Under the pieces are notes generated by a model. The model was not told where the DNA came from. It saw only the letters and a program-made list of their open reading frames with translations, and searched no databases. Position numbers and translations under genes: made by a program. This document shows, one piece after another, positions 55,491 to 64,000 of a stretch of 64,000 nt of DNA; the first letter of the stretch is position 1, and the number at the start of each line of letters is the position of its first letter. Origin of the DNA: Candidatus Poribacteria bacterium (GTDB taxonomy: Bacteria; Poribacteria; WGA-4E; WGA-3G); assembly GCA_963665235.2 (NCBI GenBank), contig CAXXLX010000001.1, positions 1,248,001 to 1,312,000 on the forward strand, written 5' to 3'.

Positions 55491-56642
55491 TTATCCCTGG
55501 GGGACAACCCGTCTTATGTCGTCTCCACTTAGGGCAGCTAAGCCTGCCCGTTTGATGTTGATTGCAGCGTTGACATCTCTATCGTGGTCTGAACCACATT
55601 CAGGACATGTCCACTGCCGATCTAAAAGAGTTAGTTTTTTGTTATGGTATCCACAATCACTGCAAGGTTTCGTCGTTGCTGTCCACTGACCAATGGACAC
55701 AAGTTCTTTACCGTGCTTTGCACACTTCTGTTCGAGTATCAGCAGGAATTGATAGAACGCGTGGTCAGAAACTTTGCGTCCCCAGAGGCGTTTCATACCG
55801 TCTATGTTCAGCGTCTCAAAACAGAGTATATCAAACTCGGTGCAAAGTTGCGTAGCAAGTTTCCATTGCCAATCGAGACGTTGATTTGTTATTTTTCGGT
55901 AAAGTCTTGCCAAAGCACGACAGGCACGATACCAATTACCGGAACCTTTGACTTTACGGCTAAGGGCTTTAGACAAAGAGCACAACTTGTTGAGGGATTG
56001 CTTGGAAAATTGTGGGGATTCTATTGTGTTGCCTTCGTCGCTTGTTAGAAATGTTTTGATACCGAAGTCAAAACCAGCACTCTTACCTGTCTTAGGTTTC
56101 GGTTCGGAGGCGTCAACATTATCGCAAGAAAAACATATCCAATAATCCCCGCATCTATCACGTTTGAGGGTGATCATTTTGATGGTACCGCATATTGCGC
56201 GATGTTTATGAAATGAGAACCAGGTGTCTATACAGTTGATTTTGATACGGTTCCCTTCAAGTTTATACCCTGCTTGTGTGAAGGTCATAGAGCTATATTT
56301 ATGACGCGGTTTGATGTGAGGTAATCCTACTTTACGTGTCGTTTTGCCTGCTTCCCTTTCTTTGATATTCCTAAAAAACGCATCATATCCTTTGCCCATA
56401 CGCAACACAACGTCTTGAATAACTTGACTCGGCAACTGATTCCAATGAGGCTTTGTCCGTTTTTTGAGTTTCACAATATGCGCATTCATACGAGACAGAG
56501 AAATATTTTTGCGGTAGATGCGGTAATACCTTTTCTGCAAACGCATAATATGCAAGTGTATCTGCCACATATCGTCAATCATATTACCAATCTTTAGCGT
56601 GTTAGATTGATCCTGAAGTTTGAACTTGTAAGATTTTCTCAT
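55491..56642 (-). CDS. tnpB: RNA-guided endonuclease TnpB
   Basis: RuvC residues in GFDFG, FETLN and DRDVNAA; zinc finger CSDC/CPEC. Confidence 0.95.
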   Translation of the reverse strand: MRKSYKFKLQDQSNTLKIGNMIDDMWQIHLHIMRLQKRYYRIYRKNISLSRMNAHIVKLKKRTKPHWNQLPSQVIQDVVLRMGKGYDAFFRNIKEREAGKTTRKVGLPHIKPRHKYSSMTFTQAGYKLEGNRIKINCIDTWFSFHKHRAICGTIKMITLKRDRCGDYWICFSCDNVDASEPKPKTGKSAGFDFGIKTFLTSDEGNTIESPQFSKQSLNKLCSLSKALSRKVKGSGNWYRACRALARLYRKITNQRLDWQWKLATQLCTEFDILCFETLNIDGMKRLWGRKVSDHAFYQFLLILEQKCAKHGKELVSIGQWTATTKPCSDCGYHNKKLTLLDRQWTCPECGSDHDRDVNAAINIKRAGLAALSGDDIRRVVPQG

Positions 56643-56777
56643 TGACCGCTTTGACCTTCAAGGTAGTCTTTGATAACCTTCAGTGGCACACCGCCACAAG
56701 AGCTCACAAACTTCGAACGGGTCCACAAAGTGAGTTGTTCGGTAATCACGCTTGTTGTTAGAGAGTTTCAGTGGCAT
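56639..56777 (-). pseudogene. tnpA: internally deleted Y1 transposase
   Basis: MPLKLSNNKRDYRTTH joined out of frame to LWTRSKFVSSCGGVPLKVIKDYLEGQ; HUH motif absent. Confidence 0.85.
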
Positions 56778-56810
56778 AATATATTACCTGTCTATTAGAG
56801 CGTATAGGAG

Positions 56811-56839
56811 ATTATACCACATTTTGATTAGATTGTCAA
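56811..56839 (-). promoter_or_regulatory. IS-internal sigma70 promoter
   Basis: TTGACA - 17 nt - TATAAT with extended TG. Confidence 0.8.
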
Positions 56840-57134
56840 GTCTTTTTTTTATATCACGCACTTCGCCGTCTACATCCCGCAAGCTTCGGAAGTAAAACAA
56901 ATGAGCTTCGCCTCATCCGTTTTACTTCCGTAAAGCATGGGGATTTGACAGGGGAGTGTTAAAATACATTCAATTGATAGGATGTCGGTCCTTATTTAAT
57001 TTAATATATTCCGCTTAATGTTCATTTGTGACAAAAATTATACAATTTTTTTTAGCAATTGTCAAGAAAGAATTTAGAGCACTGCCCTTCGTTGCTTTAA
57101 GAGGGCCCGAGAATTGTCAAGAGGCTAAACGATA

Positions 57135-57881
57135 TTAGTGCCCGGCTTTAGCTATAAGTTTAATACCCCGTTTTTGTGCGTGGTCACGGGCAAGCGGTGT
57201 TACGACTGCCGGGGTAGCGTAGACCAGCTCTGTCACATCAGATGCCAGTTTTTCGATAACAGCGGCACTAATGACAGGCGTTTGCACACTTTCCCGTCCG
57301 GGTGTGTGTATTTCGCTAATAGTTGCTGCGAGGTGCTCAACCGCTATCCATTGAACGCCAAACTCAGATAAAACGTTGACATGCTCGGGTTCAATTGTGT
57401 CAAGGTGCGGCTTTTTATGAGGCACCTGTTTCTCTGAATTTAGCGGGTTCGATGCTACGATGACGGGTTTACCTCGGCGCAGTGCTTCGAATACCAAATA
57501 GGTAGCAGGCGTATCAACTAACTTCAAAGCGAGCTTCGCGGCCATCGGATAAGAGAGAGCAGGCAAGACAATCGGCGAATGATTGTCCACTAAAGTCGGT
57601 ATATCGGTCAGTCCGTTCTCTTGCAAGATGTTTTCTTCGCCAAACGTTGTGTAAATCGGCTTTAGGTTTAGCACTTTGGGTGCAAGTTCCGATAGCACGA
57701 TTTTAATTTTCCATCCATCTTGCATGCACGTCTGCAACTGCTGGAGCGGCTGTTCTAATTCGATGTGCGTAGCCCCAATTATGGCGAGTAGTCGCTTTTC
57801 AGGGGGTGCCGCTTGCTGTCGGTGCGTTTGGATGACTCTTTCGACAATTTTGGCGATTTGTTCAATCTGCTCAGGTTTCAT
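57135..57881 (-). CDS. BMC-associated flavoprotein-family protein
   Basis: N-terminal encapsulation-like helix; AAKLAL..DT..ALRRGKPV; VVTPLARD.A..RGI. Confidence 0.7.
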   Translation of the reverse strand: MKPEQIEQIAKIVERVIQTHRQQAAPPEKRLLAIIGATHIELEQPLQQLQTCMQDGWKIKIVLSELAPKVLNLKPIYTTFGEENILQENGLTDIPTLVDNHSPIVLPALSYPMAAKLALKLVDTPATYLVFEALRRGKPVIVASNPLNSEKQVPHKKPHLDTIEPEHVNVLSEFGVQWIAVEHLAATISEIHTPGRESVQTPVISAAVIEKLASDVTELVYATPAVVTPLARDHAQKRGIKLIAKAGH

Positions 57882-58591
57882 GTTTGGTCGCGTAAGAGTT
57901 CAACGGCTTCACCGCCTTTCAAACCGGCGGCATTTGCATCGTCAGTATCGAGATGCATCTGAAGCACATAAGATTCATGAATTTTCGGTCGAATATTTTC
58001 AAAAATTAGTGCCCGCTCTCCTGGGATACGGATTTTTAGGAGCTCAGTTTCGCGGATGCCTAGTGCTTGTGCCTGGGCTGGGGTCATGTGAATGTGTCGT
58101 GTTGCACAGATTGCTCCCTCCGCTAAATAGATGCTTCCCGCTGGGCCGATGAGGGTTATGGCTTCGGCCCCGGCGAGGTCTCCTGAATCCCGGATGGGTG
58201 GATTTAAACCGAGTCGAATTGCTTCAGTCTGTGCGACTTCTACCTGTGAGTAGTCGCGTACAGGGCCGAGAATTCGGACATGTTCAATTGCACGCATCCG
58301 TTTCCCGACGACAGTGACCGTCTCTTCCGCCGCGAATGCACCCGGCTGATAAAGTGGGGCGTAAACGGTGAGTTGGTGTCCGGGACCGTAAAGTATTTCC
58401 AGGTCAGCCTGTGTCACGTGTGCATGCCGGGCGGAGACTCCGATAGGAATTTTTTGCTGCTCGGTAACCGTATCACATGCTCGGTTGCCAGCAGGACAGG
58501 TCCGCAAAGCACATCCGCCACACGGCTGTTCGGTATTCAACCGACTCACTACACGGCGGGTAATTAATTCAACTAAGGCTTGGTCATGCAT
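57878..58591 (-). CDS. pduL: phosphate propanoyltransferase
   Basis: GVSARHAH, RILGPVR, RHIHM and HLDTDDANAAG. Confidence 0.93.
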   Translation of the reverse strand: MHDQALVELITRRVVSRLNTEQPCGGCALRTCPAGNRACDTVTEQQKIPIGVSARHAHVTQADLEILYGPGHQLTVYAPLYQPGAFAAEETVTVVGKRMRAIEHVRILGPVRDYSQVEVAQTEAIRLGLNPPIRDSGDLAGAEAITLIGPAGSIYLAEGAICATRHIHMTPAQAQALGIRETELLKIRIPGERALIFENIRPKIHESYVLQMHLDTDDANAAGLKGGEAVELLRDQT

Positions 58592-58651
58592 CTCGGATTC
58601 GCCTTTTCTATTCGATTCGGGACATTTCCCAAAAGCGGTTGTTTACAATTG

Positions 58652-58927
58652 CTACGTTTTTTGCAAGATAGTTTCAACTTCAGCGTGCGGTCGTGGAATG
58701 ACATGTACGGAAACGACTTCGCCGACGCGTGCTGCGGCTTCAGCCCCCGCATCGGTAGCCGCTTTCACAGCACCGACATCTCCCCGGACCATAACGGTCA
58801 CATAACCGGCACCGATTTTCTCGTACCCAATAAGCTGTACGTTCGCAGCTTTTACCATGGCATCCGCAGCTTCAATGCTACCTACCAAACCTCTCGTTTC
58901 AACTAAACCCAACGCTTCTCCAGTCAT
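58652..58927 (-). CDS. BMC-H shell protein (EutM/PduA-like)
   Basis: [27 protein letters not shown] and HVIPRPH. Confidence 0.95.
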   Translation of the reverse strand: MTGEALGLVETRGLVGSIEAADAMVKAANVQLIGYEKIGAGYVTVMVRGDVGAVKAATDAGAEAAARVGEVVSVHVIPRPHAEVETILQKT

Positions 58928-59042
58928 ATCGCTTCTTACATCCTCCTTGTGAAATTTAAAATAGTGAGCGTATTGCTTCGCTTATGATAGGGTGCTGCTC
59001 TTTTGAGATACACCCGATATCTCAAGCACGTTTTATAGTATA

Positions 59043-59816
59043 TCAGAAATTTTTAATTTTTTCAAGTAAAAATTGATATAAAAGCTGATTAAATTTTTTC
59101 ATATCGCTGTGTGCCTCGTCAAAACGGGCCAATTTTTGATTAACAACGGCACGCCAAAAGTATGCAAGCGCGGAACGTGGTTCCAGGCGGATAGTCTCAT
59201 CGAAGTCTGCTAAAGCGTTTGTGAGATGTTCCGCTTCTGGCTGCGCTGCTATAGACAAATGGTAATATGCCTTCCCCCGTGCATAATGGACAGCAGCGGT
59301 CGGTCGCCGTTTAATGAGCTGTTGATAGTCCGCCATTGCTCGGTCGATTTTATTTAATTCAAAATAGATTTCTGCGCGTTTCAAGAGGACGCCGGCACTC
59401 CATCTTTTTTTGAGAGATGCGGTGTAATCCGCAAGAGCTTGCGAAACGTTGCCTAAGGCACGATAGACATCTCCACGGCTTGCGTGAGCGTCGGCAAAAT
59501 ATCTTTTAAGTGCTAAGGTTTGATTATAATCCGCTATAGCCGAATCGTATTGTGATAGGTGGTAATAAGCGAGCCCACGCTTCATGTAGGCACTGGCATA
59601 TTTAGGGTCAATTTCAATCGCCTGCGTTAGTGCCGCGGCAGCTTGGTGCATATCCCCGGTTTTGAGAAACTGTGTGCCTGTGTTTAGATGTTTTAAAGCC
59701 TCCCTGTCTGTGCCTTTCAGTTGTTCCCATGTTACAAATCGGGATGCTAGAAAGAGGGCGAGGATTAACACCGGTGCCATTACGTAAATCAGCGGTTTCA
59801 TAATATAACCTATCAC
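59043..59816 (-). CDS. TPR protein
   Basis: Repeated AY..RG..Y......A..DY. Confidence 0.85.
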   Translation of the reverse strand: MIGYIMKPLIYVMAPVLILALFLASRFVTWEQLKGTDREALKHLNTGTQFLKTGDMHQAAAALTQAIEIDPKYASAYMKRGLAYYHLSQYDSAIADYNQTLALKRYFADAHASRGDVYRALGNVSQALADYTASLKKRWSAGVLLKRAEIYFELNKIDRAMADYQQLIKRRPTAAVHYARGKAYYHLSIAAQPEAEHLTNALADFDETIRLEPRSALAYFWRAVVNQKLARFDEAHSDMKKFNQLLYQFLLEKIKNF

Positions 59817-59817
59817 C

Positions 59818-60795
59818 CTATTTCGGATAGAGTTGATGAATGTTAACCTCTAATTTGAGTTCACTAACGGAGGTATACTTTTTGGATAAATCGATTTCAA
59901 TATAGGTTTGTCCTCCTCGGAGTCCGCCGTACCCGGTGGAAAAAATGAGCTGGTTTTCGCCAAGTCGAGCGACCCCATCCTTGACATTTTTTCTTGGAAA
60001 ATAAACGAGTGGCGTGTGCCCAACGACGAGAAAATTCGCTTGGAGGACTTCGAGAAAATTTTCAGTATGTTTTAACGTATATCCGCCAATAGATACGACA
60101 CTCGGACGGTGCCAAAGCAATTCTTCTAATGTTTTAGGCCCGGGGTCAATAAGGTCGGCTAGGCTGATAATAGTGCGGGCAGGGCCGGCGTGAATGCCGA
60201 CGAACCCGTTCTTGCCGATGACGACTGTGGGCAGTGCCATGAGGAATTTGAAATGTTCATCTGTCATGCGTTCGATGAAATTAAACTGTTCATAATAACT
60301 GCCGTTCGGGCCTCGATATAACGTCTCAATGAATTCTGCTCGATTTTGGTCGGTCATGCCGTTACTTTTGAGCATGGCGTACGCGTCTGCTGCTGCAAAT
60401 TCGTGGTTGCCTCGGAGGTAAATAAATCTTTTGCCTTTATCTCCAAGTTGCTGCTGTAGCTCAATGACTCGGTCAACAAGCTGGATATCGCCGTAAGGGG
60501 GTTTGCGAGGTTCGCCCGGTTTGTAGTCGATGGAATCGCCGAGGAGCAGTCCGTAGACATCTTCGCCTGCCTTAATTCGTTCGACAAGCTGGGTTCGTTG
60601 GAGCCACTGATTAAAGTCGTCCCACCGCGCATGTAAATCTGAGACGATATAAACTGTGCCGTGGTCAGGCAGCACAATGACGTGTCCATCGCGCGTAAAT
60701 TGATTAGGGTACTGCGCGAGGTGCTTAAGTTGACCGACGGCTGCGAACGTAAAACAGAAAAAGCAAAACGCGATGTGAATTAGATAGATTTTCAT
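59818..60795 (-). CDS. secreted metallophosphoesterase
   Basis: SDLH, LGD..D, RGNHE and VGHT. Confidence 0.88.
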   Translation of the reverse strand: MKIYLIHIAFCFFCFTFAAVGQLKHLAQYPNQFTRDGHVIVLPDHGTVYIVSDLHARWDDFNQWLQRTQLVERIKAGEDVYGLLLGDSIDYKPGEPRKPPYGDIQLVDRVIELQQQLGDKGKRFIYLRGNHEFAAADAYAMLKSNGMTDQNRAEFIETLYRGPNGSYYEQFNFIERMTDEHFKFLMALPTVVIGKNGFVGIHAGPARTIISLADLIDPGPKTLEELLWHRPSVVSIGGYTLKHTENFLEVLQANFLVVGHTPLVYFPRKNVKDGVARLGENQLIFSTGYGGLRGGQTYIEIDLSKKYTSVSELKLEVNIHQLYPK

Positions 60796-60801
60796 GAGGG
60801 G

Positions 60802-61719
60802 TTACACCTTAAAGAATGCATCAACAGTTTCCTCCTGTTGTGCGAGTTTATTTAGTTGTCTACGTCTGCGATTCCAGCAGACGAGGTAGCCGAGGAGTGC
60901 TAAGGCCCCAAGGCCTCCCCAGAGGACGTAGGGACTAGATAGGAGTGCTGCCCAATGATAACGTTTCGGCAGGGAAGCCCGCCAGAGTTCATCATAGGTT
61001 GCCAAGTCGTAACCGAGGACTATTTCAAAAGCGGTGTTGAGACTATTTCCAAGATGGAGCTGTTCAATAAGTGCCCATAACGTTCCATTGCCGTTTTCTT
61101 CAACCAACCATCGGAGTGCGTCTTGGCTTTGTGCATAGGCTAAGTCTGCTCCGGTTGCGGACTTCGGAAATCGCTTGGTTAGCTCGTGGAGCGGTCTGAT
61201 AGATTTTGCGAAAACGTTTTTCAGCAAAGTTTCATGGCGACTCGGTACCCACTCCTTCGAGAAGTAGATAGCGATGCCTTCTACAAACCATAACGGGATT
61301 TCTTTAGCAGCCTTTCGCGTATACTGCCCAAAGAGCACATGCGCGATTTCGTGACGCAGGACCTGTGCTAGCTGAAGTTCCGCTAAGGCAATCTCTGTTG
61401 GGTTTTTTATAATGATACGTCGACTTAACGGAAATGCACACCCGACTGCCCAGTCCTGAATGGGGGCATGGACGGAGGCCTGAAACGCCTTTTGTGTATC
61501 ACAGACCCAAATGTCGATGACTTCCGCTGGCATCCGGTGTGTGAAACCGGACATTTCGGCATAGAATCCTTCAGCAATCTCAAGAATGCCCGTAGGGTCA
61601 ACTGTCTTTGATTGATAGTAGATGCGGAAGTGCTGACTTTCTGCTAATTTCCAAGAGGCATTTGCCGAAAACAGCGGGAAAAGCAATAAGAGAAAAACAA
61701 CACTTTTTATTCGGCTCAT
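60802..61719 (-). CDS. peptidase MA-like metalloprotease
   Basis: HEIAH..PLWFVEG.A. Confidence 0.85.
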   Translation of the reverse strand: MSRIKSVVFLLLLFPLFSANASWKLAESQHFRIYYQSKTVDPTGILEIAEGFYAEMSGFTHRMPAEVIDIWVCDTQKAFQASVHAPIQDWAVGCAFPLSRRIIIKNPTEIALAELQLAQVLRHEIAHVLFGQYTRKAAKEIPLWFVEGIAIYFSKEWVPSRHETLLKNVFAKSIRPLHELTKRFPKSATGADLAYAQSQDALRWLVEENGNGTLWALIEQLHLGNSLNTAFEIVLGYDLATYDELWRASLPKRYHWAALLSSPYVLWGGLGALALLGYLVCWNRRRRQLNKLAQQEETVDAFFKV

Positions 61720-61733
61720 CGTACATGTTCTAC

Positions 61734-63002
61734 CTACGGTTCCACGAGAGTGCCCATAAACAGCACTGTTTCTGTCTCGTTATCACAAATTGCGAAGAAA
61801 AACGGACGGTCGGCGATGAATTCCGGTGGGGGCGGGGGAATTGATGTGACAGCAACACCTATTGTTGTCGCTGCTGCAGCTTCAGTGCCCTCCTCGTTGA
61901 CCTCTACAAATGCTTTATGCTCAACTTTGGAGATAAACAAATTACTTTCTAAACTTGCCCCATCAGGGAGCATCCGGCTGAAGTCTGCTCTCTCTCGCTG
62001 GAATGCTATTCCCATACCGAGCGTCTCCAAAACGTCTGTAAGCCCGGTTCCATATTCCAATTTAAATTTTGGTATTTGGACACGCACCTCTAGTGTATGT
62101 AATTGTGAAATCCAATTTTTCCAACGGGTCGCGTTCAACGTCTTTAAAAAGCTGTTGAGGTTAGACTCACGAGCAGGCAGGAAAATATACATACTCATCC
62201 TTCCATCGCCGTAAGGGAGGCTGATTGCTTGGAAATCTTCTGTCTCATAGTACGGATAATCGCCTGTTCTTGTCATCATCGGGACCTGTTTTTCGTCGCC
62301 GGTTGTGAGGTAAAAAGGGCCATCGCGTGTGTCTGCTGGGTCAAATTCGGTTTGCCATGTTCCTTTGAAATAGATAGCATTAATCAGGAATAGGACCTCA
62401 TCGGCTGATATTTGTTCAAGAATTTTTGGAATTTTACCGTTGGTATTGGTATCTACCCATTGATTAATTGTTTTGAGAGAATTTTCTTCGTCTGTAAAAT
62501 CGAGTGATGCGATTTCGGCTCCGAAGAATTGGGTGTTTCGCTGCAGGAAATCGGAGTTGAAGGTGAAATCTTGGCGGGTCCAGAGCGAGTTTGCTATCGT
62601 GAGTCGGACTTTCGGGTCTGATACTAGAAGTGTTTGATGTAATCGCGCATAGTCTAGGTTAATCGCGTCAGCATCGATGCTTTGTAGTTGTAAGGTGTTA
62701 ATCATCGCCTGTTCGGTTTCGCCTGCTGCGCCGTTTAGTGCCATTGCTAAAGCAACGGAAATGCTGAACGGGGAGATAAAGATATTTTGATTTTCCTCGG
62801 TTTTTCGGATTTCGTTGAATAGGTTAAAACCAAATTTTGTGTTAGCCGCTACGACATCTGAATTAATGGGGCCGGTCAAATTCACCTTATCTGGAATATC
62901 CGCGTCACGCGCGCAGCCGATGCAGATAGATAGCATCAAGCTGCACATCACGAGGATAATGCTTAATGTATACCGGGGTTTAAATTCTTTCATTTTGAGC
63001 AT
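61734..63002 (-). CDS. serpin (lipoprotein)
   Basis: SPFSI, NAIYFKG.W, EEGTEAAAAT and ADRPF. Confidence 0.95.
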   Translation of the reverse strand: MLKMKEFKPRYTLSIILVMCSLMLSICIGCARDADIPDKVNLTGPINSDVVAANTKFGFNLFNEIRKTEENQNIFISPFSISVALAMALNGAAGETEQAMINTLQLQSIDADAINLDYARLHQTLLVSDPKVRLTIANSLWTRQDFTFNSDFLQRNTQFFGAEIASLDFTDEENSLKTINQWVDTNTNGKIPKILEQISADEVLFLINAIYFKGTWQTEFDPADTRDGPFYLTTGDEKQVPMMTRTGDYPYYETEDFQAISLPYGDGRMSMYIFLPARESNLNSFLKTLNATRWKNWISQLHTLEVRVQIPKFKLEYGTGLTDVLETLGMGIAFQRERADFSRMLPDGASLESNLFISKVEHKAFVEVNEEGTEAAAATTIGVAVTSIPPPPPEFIADRPFFFAICDNETETVLFMGTLVEP

Positions 63003-63006
63003 GCTC

Positions 63007-63972
63007 CTATTTTTTGTAAAGATGCGCTACAGACTCACCGTAGCCGTTGTATATCACTGTCGGATGTCTTTCCCGAGTGCCAATCATCCATTCGGTTGCT
63101 TGCGACCAGCGCGGGTGCGGTACGTTGGGATTGACGTTCGCTTCAAAGCCGTATTCCCCCGGAATCAGCACGTTCCAGAAATTTCTGGGTTTACGATTAG
63201 TGAGCTCAATGCTGACAATGGATTTGATACTTTTAAATCCGTATTTCCAGGGTACAATCAGTCGGATAGGCGCGCCGTGTTGGGGCGGCAAGATATGTCC
63301 GTAGATGCCGACGACGAGCAGCGTTAGCTCGTTCATCGCTTCTGCAAGTGTTAACCCCTCAAAATAGGGCCACGGCATTCGTTTATCTCTCTGCTGCGGT
63401 GCTATATCGGGGTCTAAAAACGTGGTCATCCGTACGTATTTCGCTGAGGATTTCGGTTGGACCTTTTCAAGGAGTGCTTTCATCGGAAACCCTATCCATG
63501 GCACTACCATCGCCCACGTTTCGACACAGCGAAAACGGTAGATACGTTCTTCAAGCGGCATCTGTTTGATTAATTCATCCACATCTAAGGTCATGGGCTT
63601 TTCGACGAGTCCAGATATTTTAATTTCCCACGGCCGCGTTTTAAAACGTTCAACCCTTTTCCAGACGGTACTTTTAGAACTTGTGAACTCATAAAAGTTG
63701 TTGTAAGTTGCAGCGACAATCTCATCGGTCATCTGGCGGGTGACGGTATAGTCCGCGTTTTTCTCCGCCTCAAGGGGGAGTGCTTGATAAGGTGCAAGCT
63801 GTTTTGCCACCGTGTTCGCCTGCGCGGAGGCGTTTGTACCGAAAAGCGACAAAGCACCAGCCCCTGCTATGCCAAGGTCTTTGATGAACTTCCTGCGGTT
63901 TATGTAATCGGATTCAGGGGTGACCTGGTTTTCTGGGATTTCCCATCCCTTGGGAATTTTTATGTATGCCAT
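63007..63972 (-). CDS. msrP: protein-methionine-sulfoxide reductase catalytic subunit
   Basis: Tat NRRKF; YNNFYEF, RCVETW and PWKYGFKSIKSI. Confidence 0.93.
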   Translation of the reverse strand: MAYIKIPKGWEIPENQVTPESDYINRRKFIKDLGIAGAGALSLFGTNASAQANTVAKQLAPYQALPLEAEKNADYTVTRQMTDEIVAATYNNFYEFTSSKSTVWKRVERFKTRPWEIKISGLVEKPMTLDVDELIKQMPLEERIYRFRCVETWAMVVPWIGFPMKALLEKVQPKSSAKYVRMTTFLDPDIAPQQRDKRMPWPYFEGLTLAEAMNELTLLVVGIYGHILPPQHGAPIRLIVPWKYGFKSIKSIVSIELTNRKPRNFWNVLIPGEYGFEANVNPNVPHPRWSQATEWMIGTRERHPTVIYNGYGESVAHLYKK

Positions 63973-64000
63973 CGGAGGCTCCTCTGTTGTGATTTGTTAA

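Larger units (their letters stand above)
55437..56958 (-). mobile_element. IS200/IS605 element (deleted tnpA, intact tnpB)
   Basis: TTAA before the left end, subterminal hairpins, right end TATGAC, no target duplication. Confidence 0.9.

Overview
Bacterial chromosome segment, most likely Candidatus Poribacteria (inferred from 16S primer-site mismatches, the C-terminal KLATTW motif, BMC genes, Uma2 and an ECF-propeller fusion). It holds housekeeping and metabolic genes (ackA, a molybdo-hydroxylase operon, lpdA, gltB, exbBD, pduL/BMC, serpin, msrP) and one full rRNA operon. The operon has a ~2 kb repeat-filled spacer, its own 4x promoter array before tRNA-Ala/23S, and compensated substitutions at near-universal rRNA sites. 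Behind the 5S gene is a toxin-antitoxin cluster partly bounded by a duplicated 5S 3' end; its four antitoxin modules lack the HTH domain and end in an amphipathic helix. The strongest candidate for a new system is an IS200/IS605 set: one element with intact TnpB and deleted TnpA (55437-56958), plus two protein-free elements (15168-15558, 50508-50878). These keep the left end and the omega-RNA right end but carry a structured non-coding cargo in place of the ORFs; the first matches the ends of the TnpB element. All calls are by eye from the sequence; no database searches were run.
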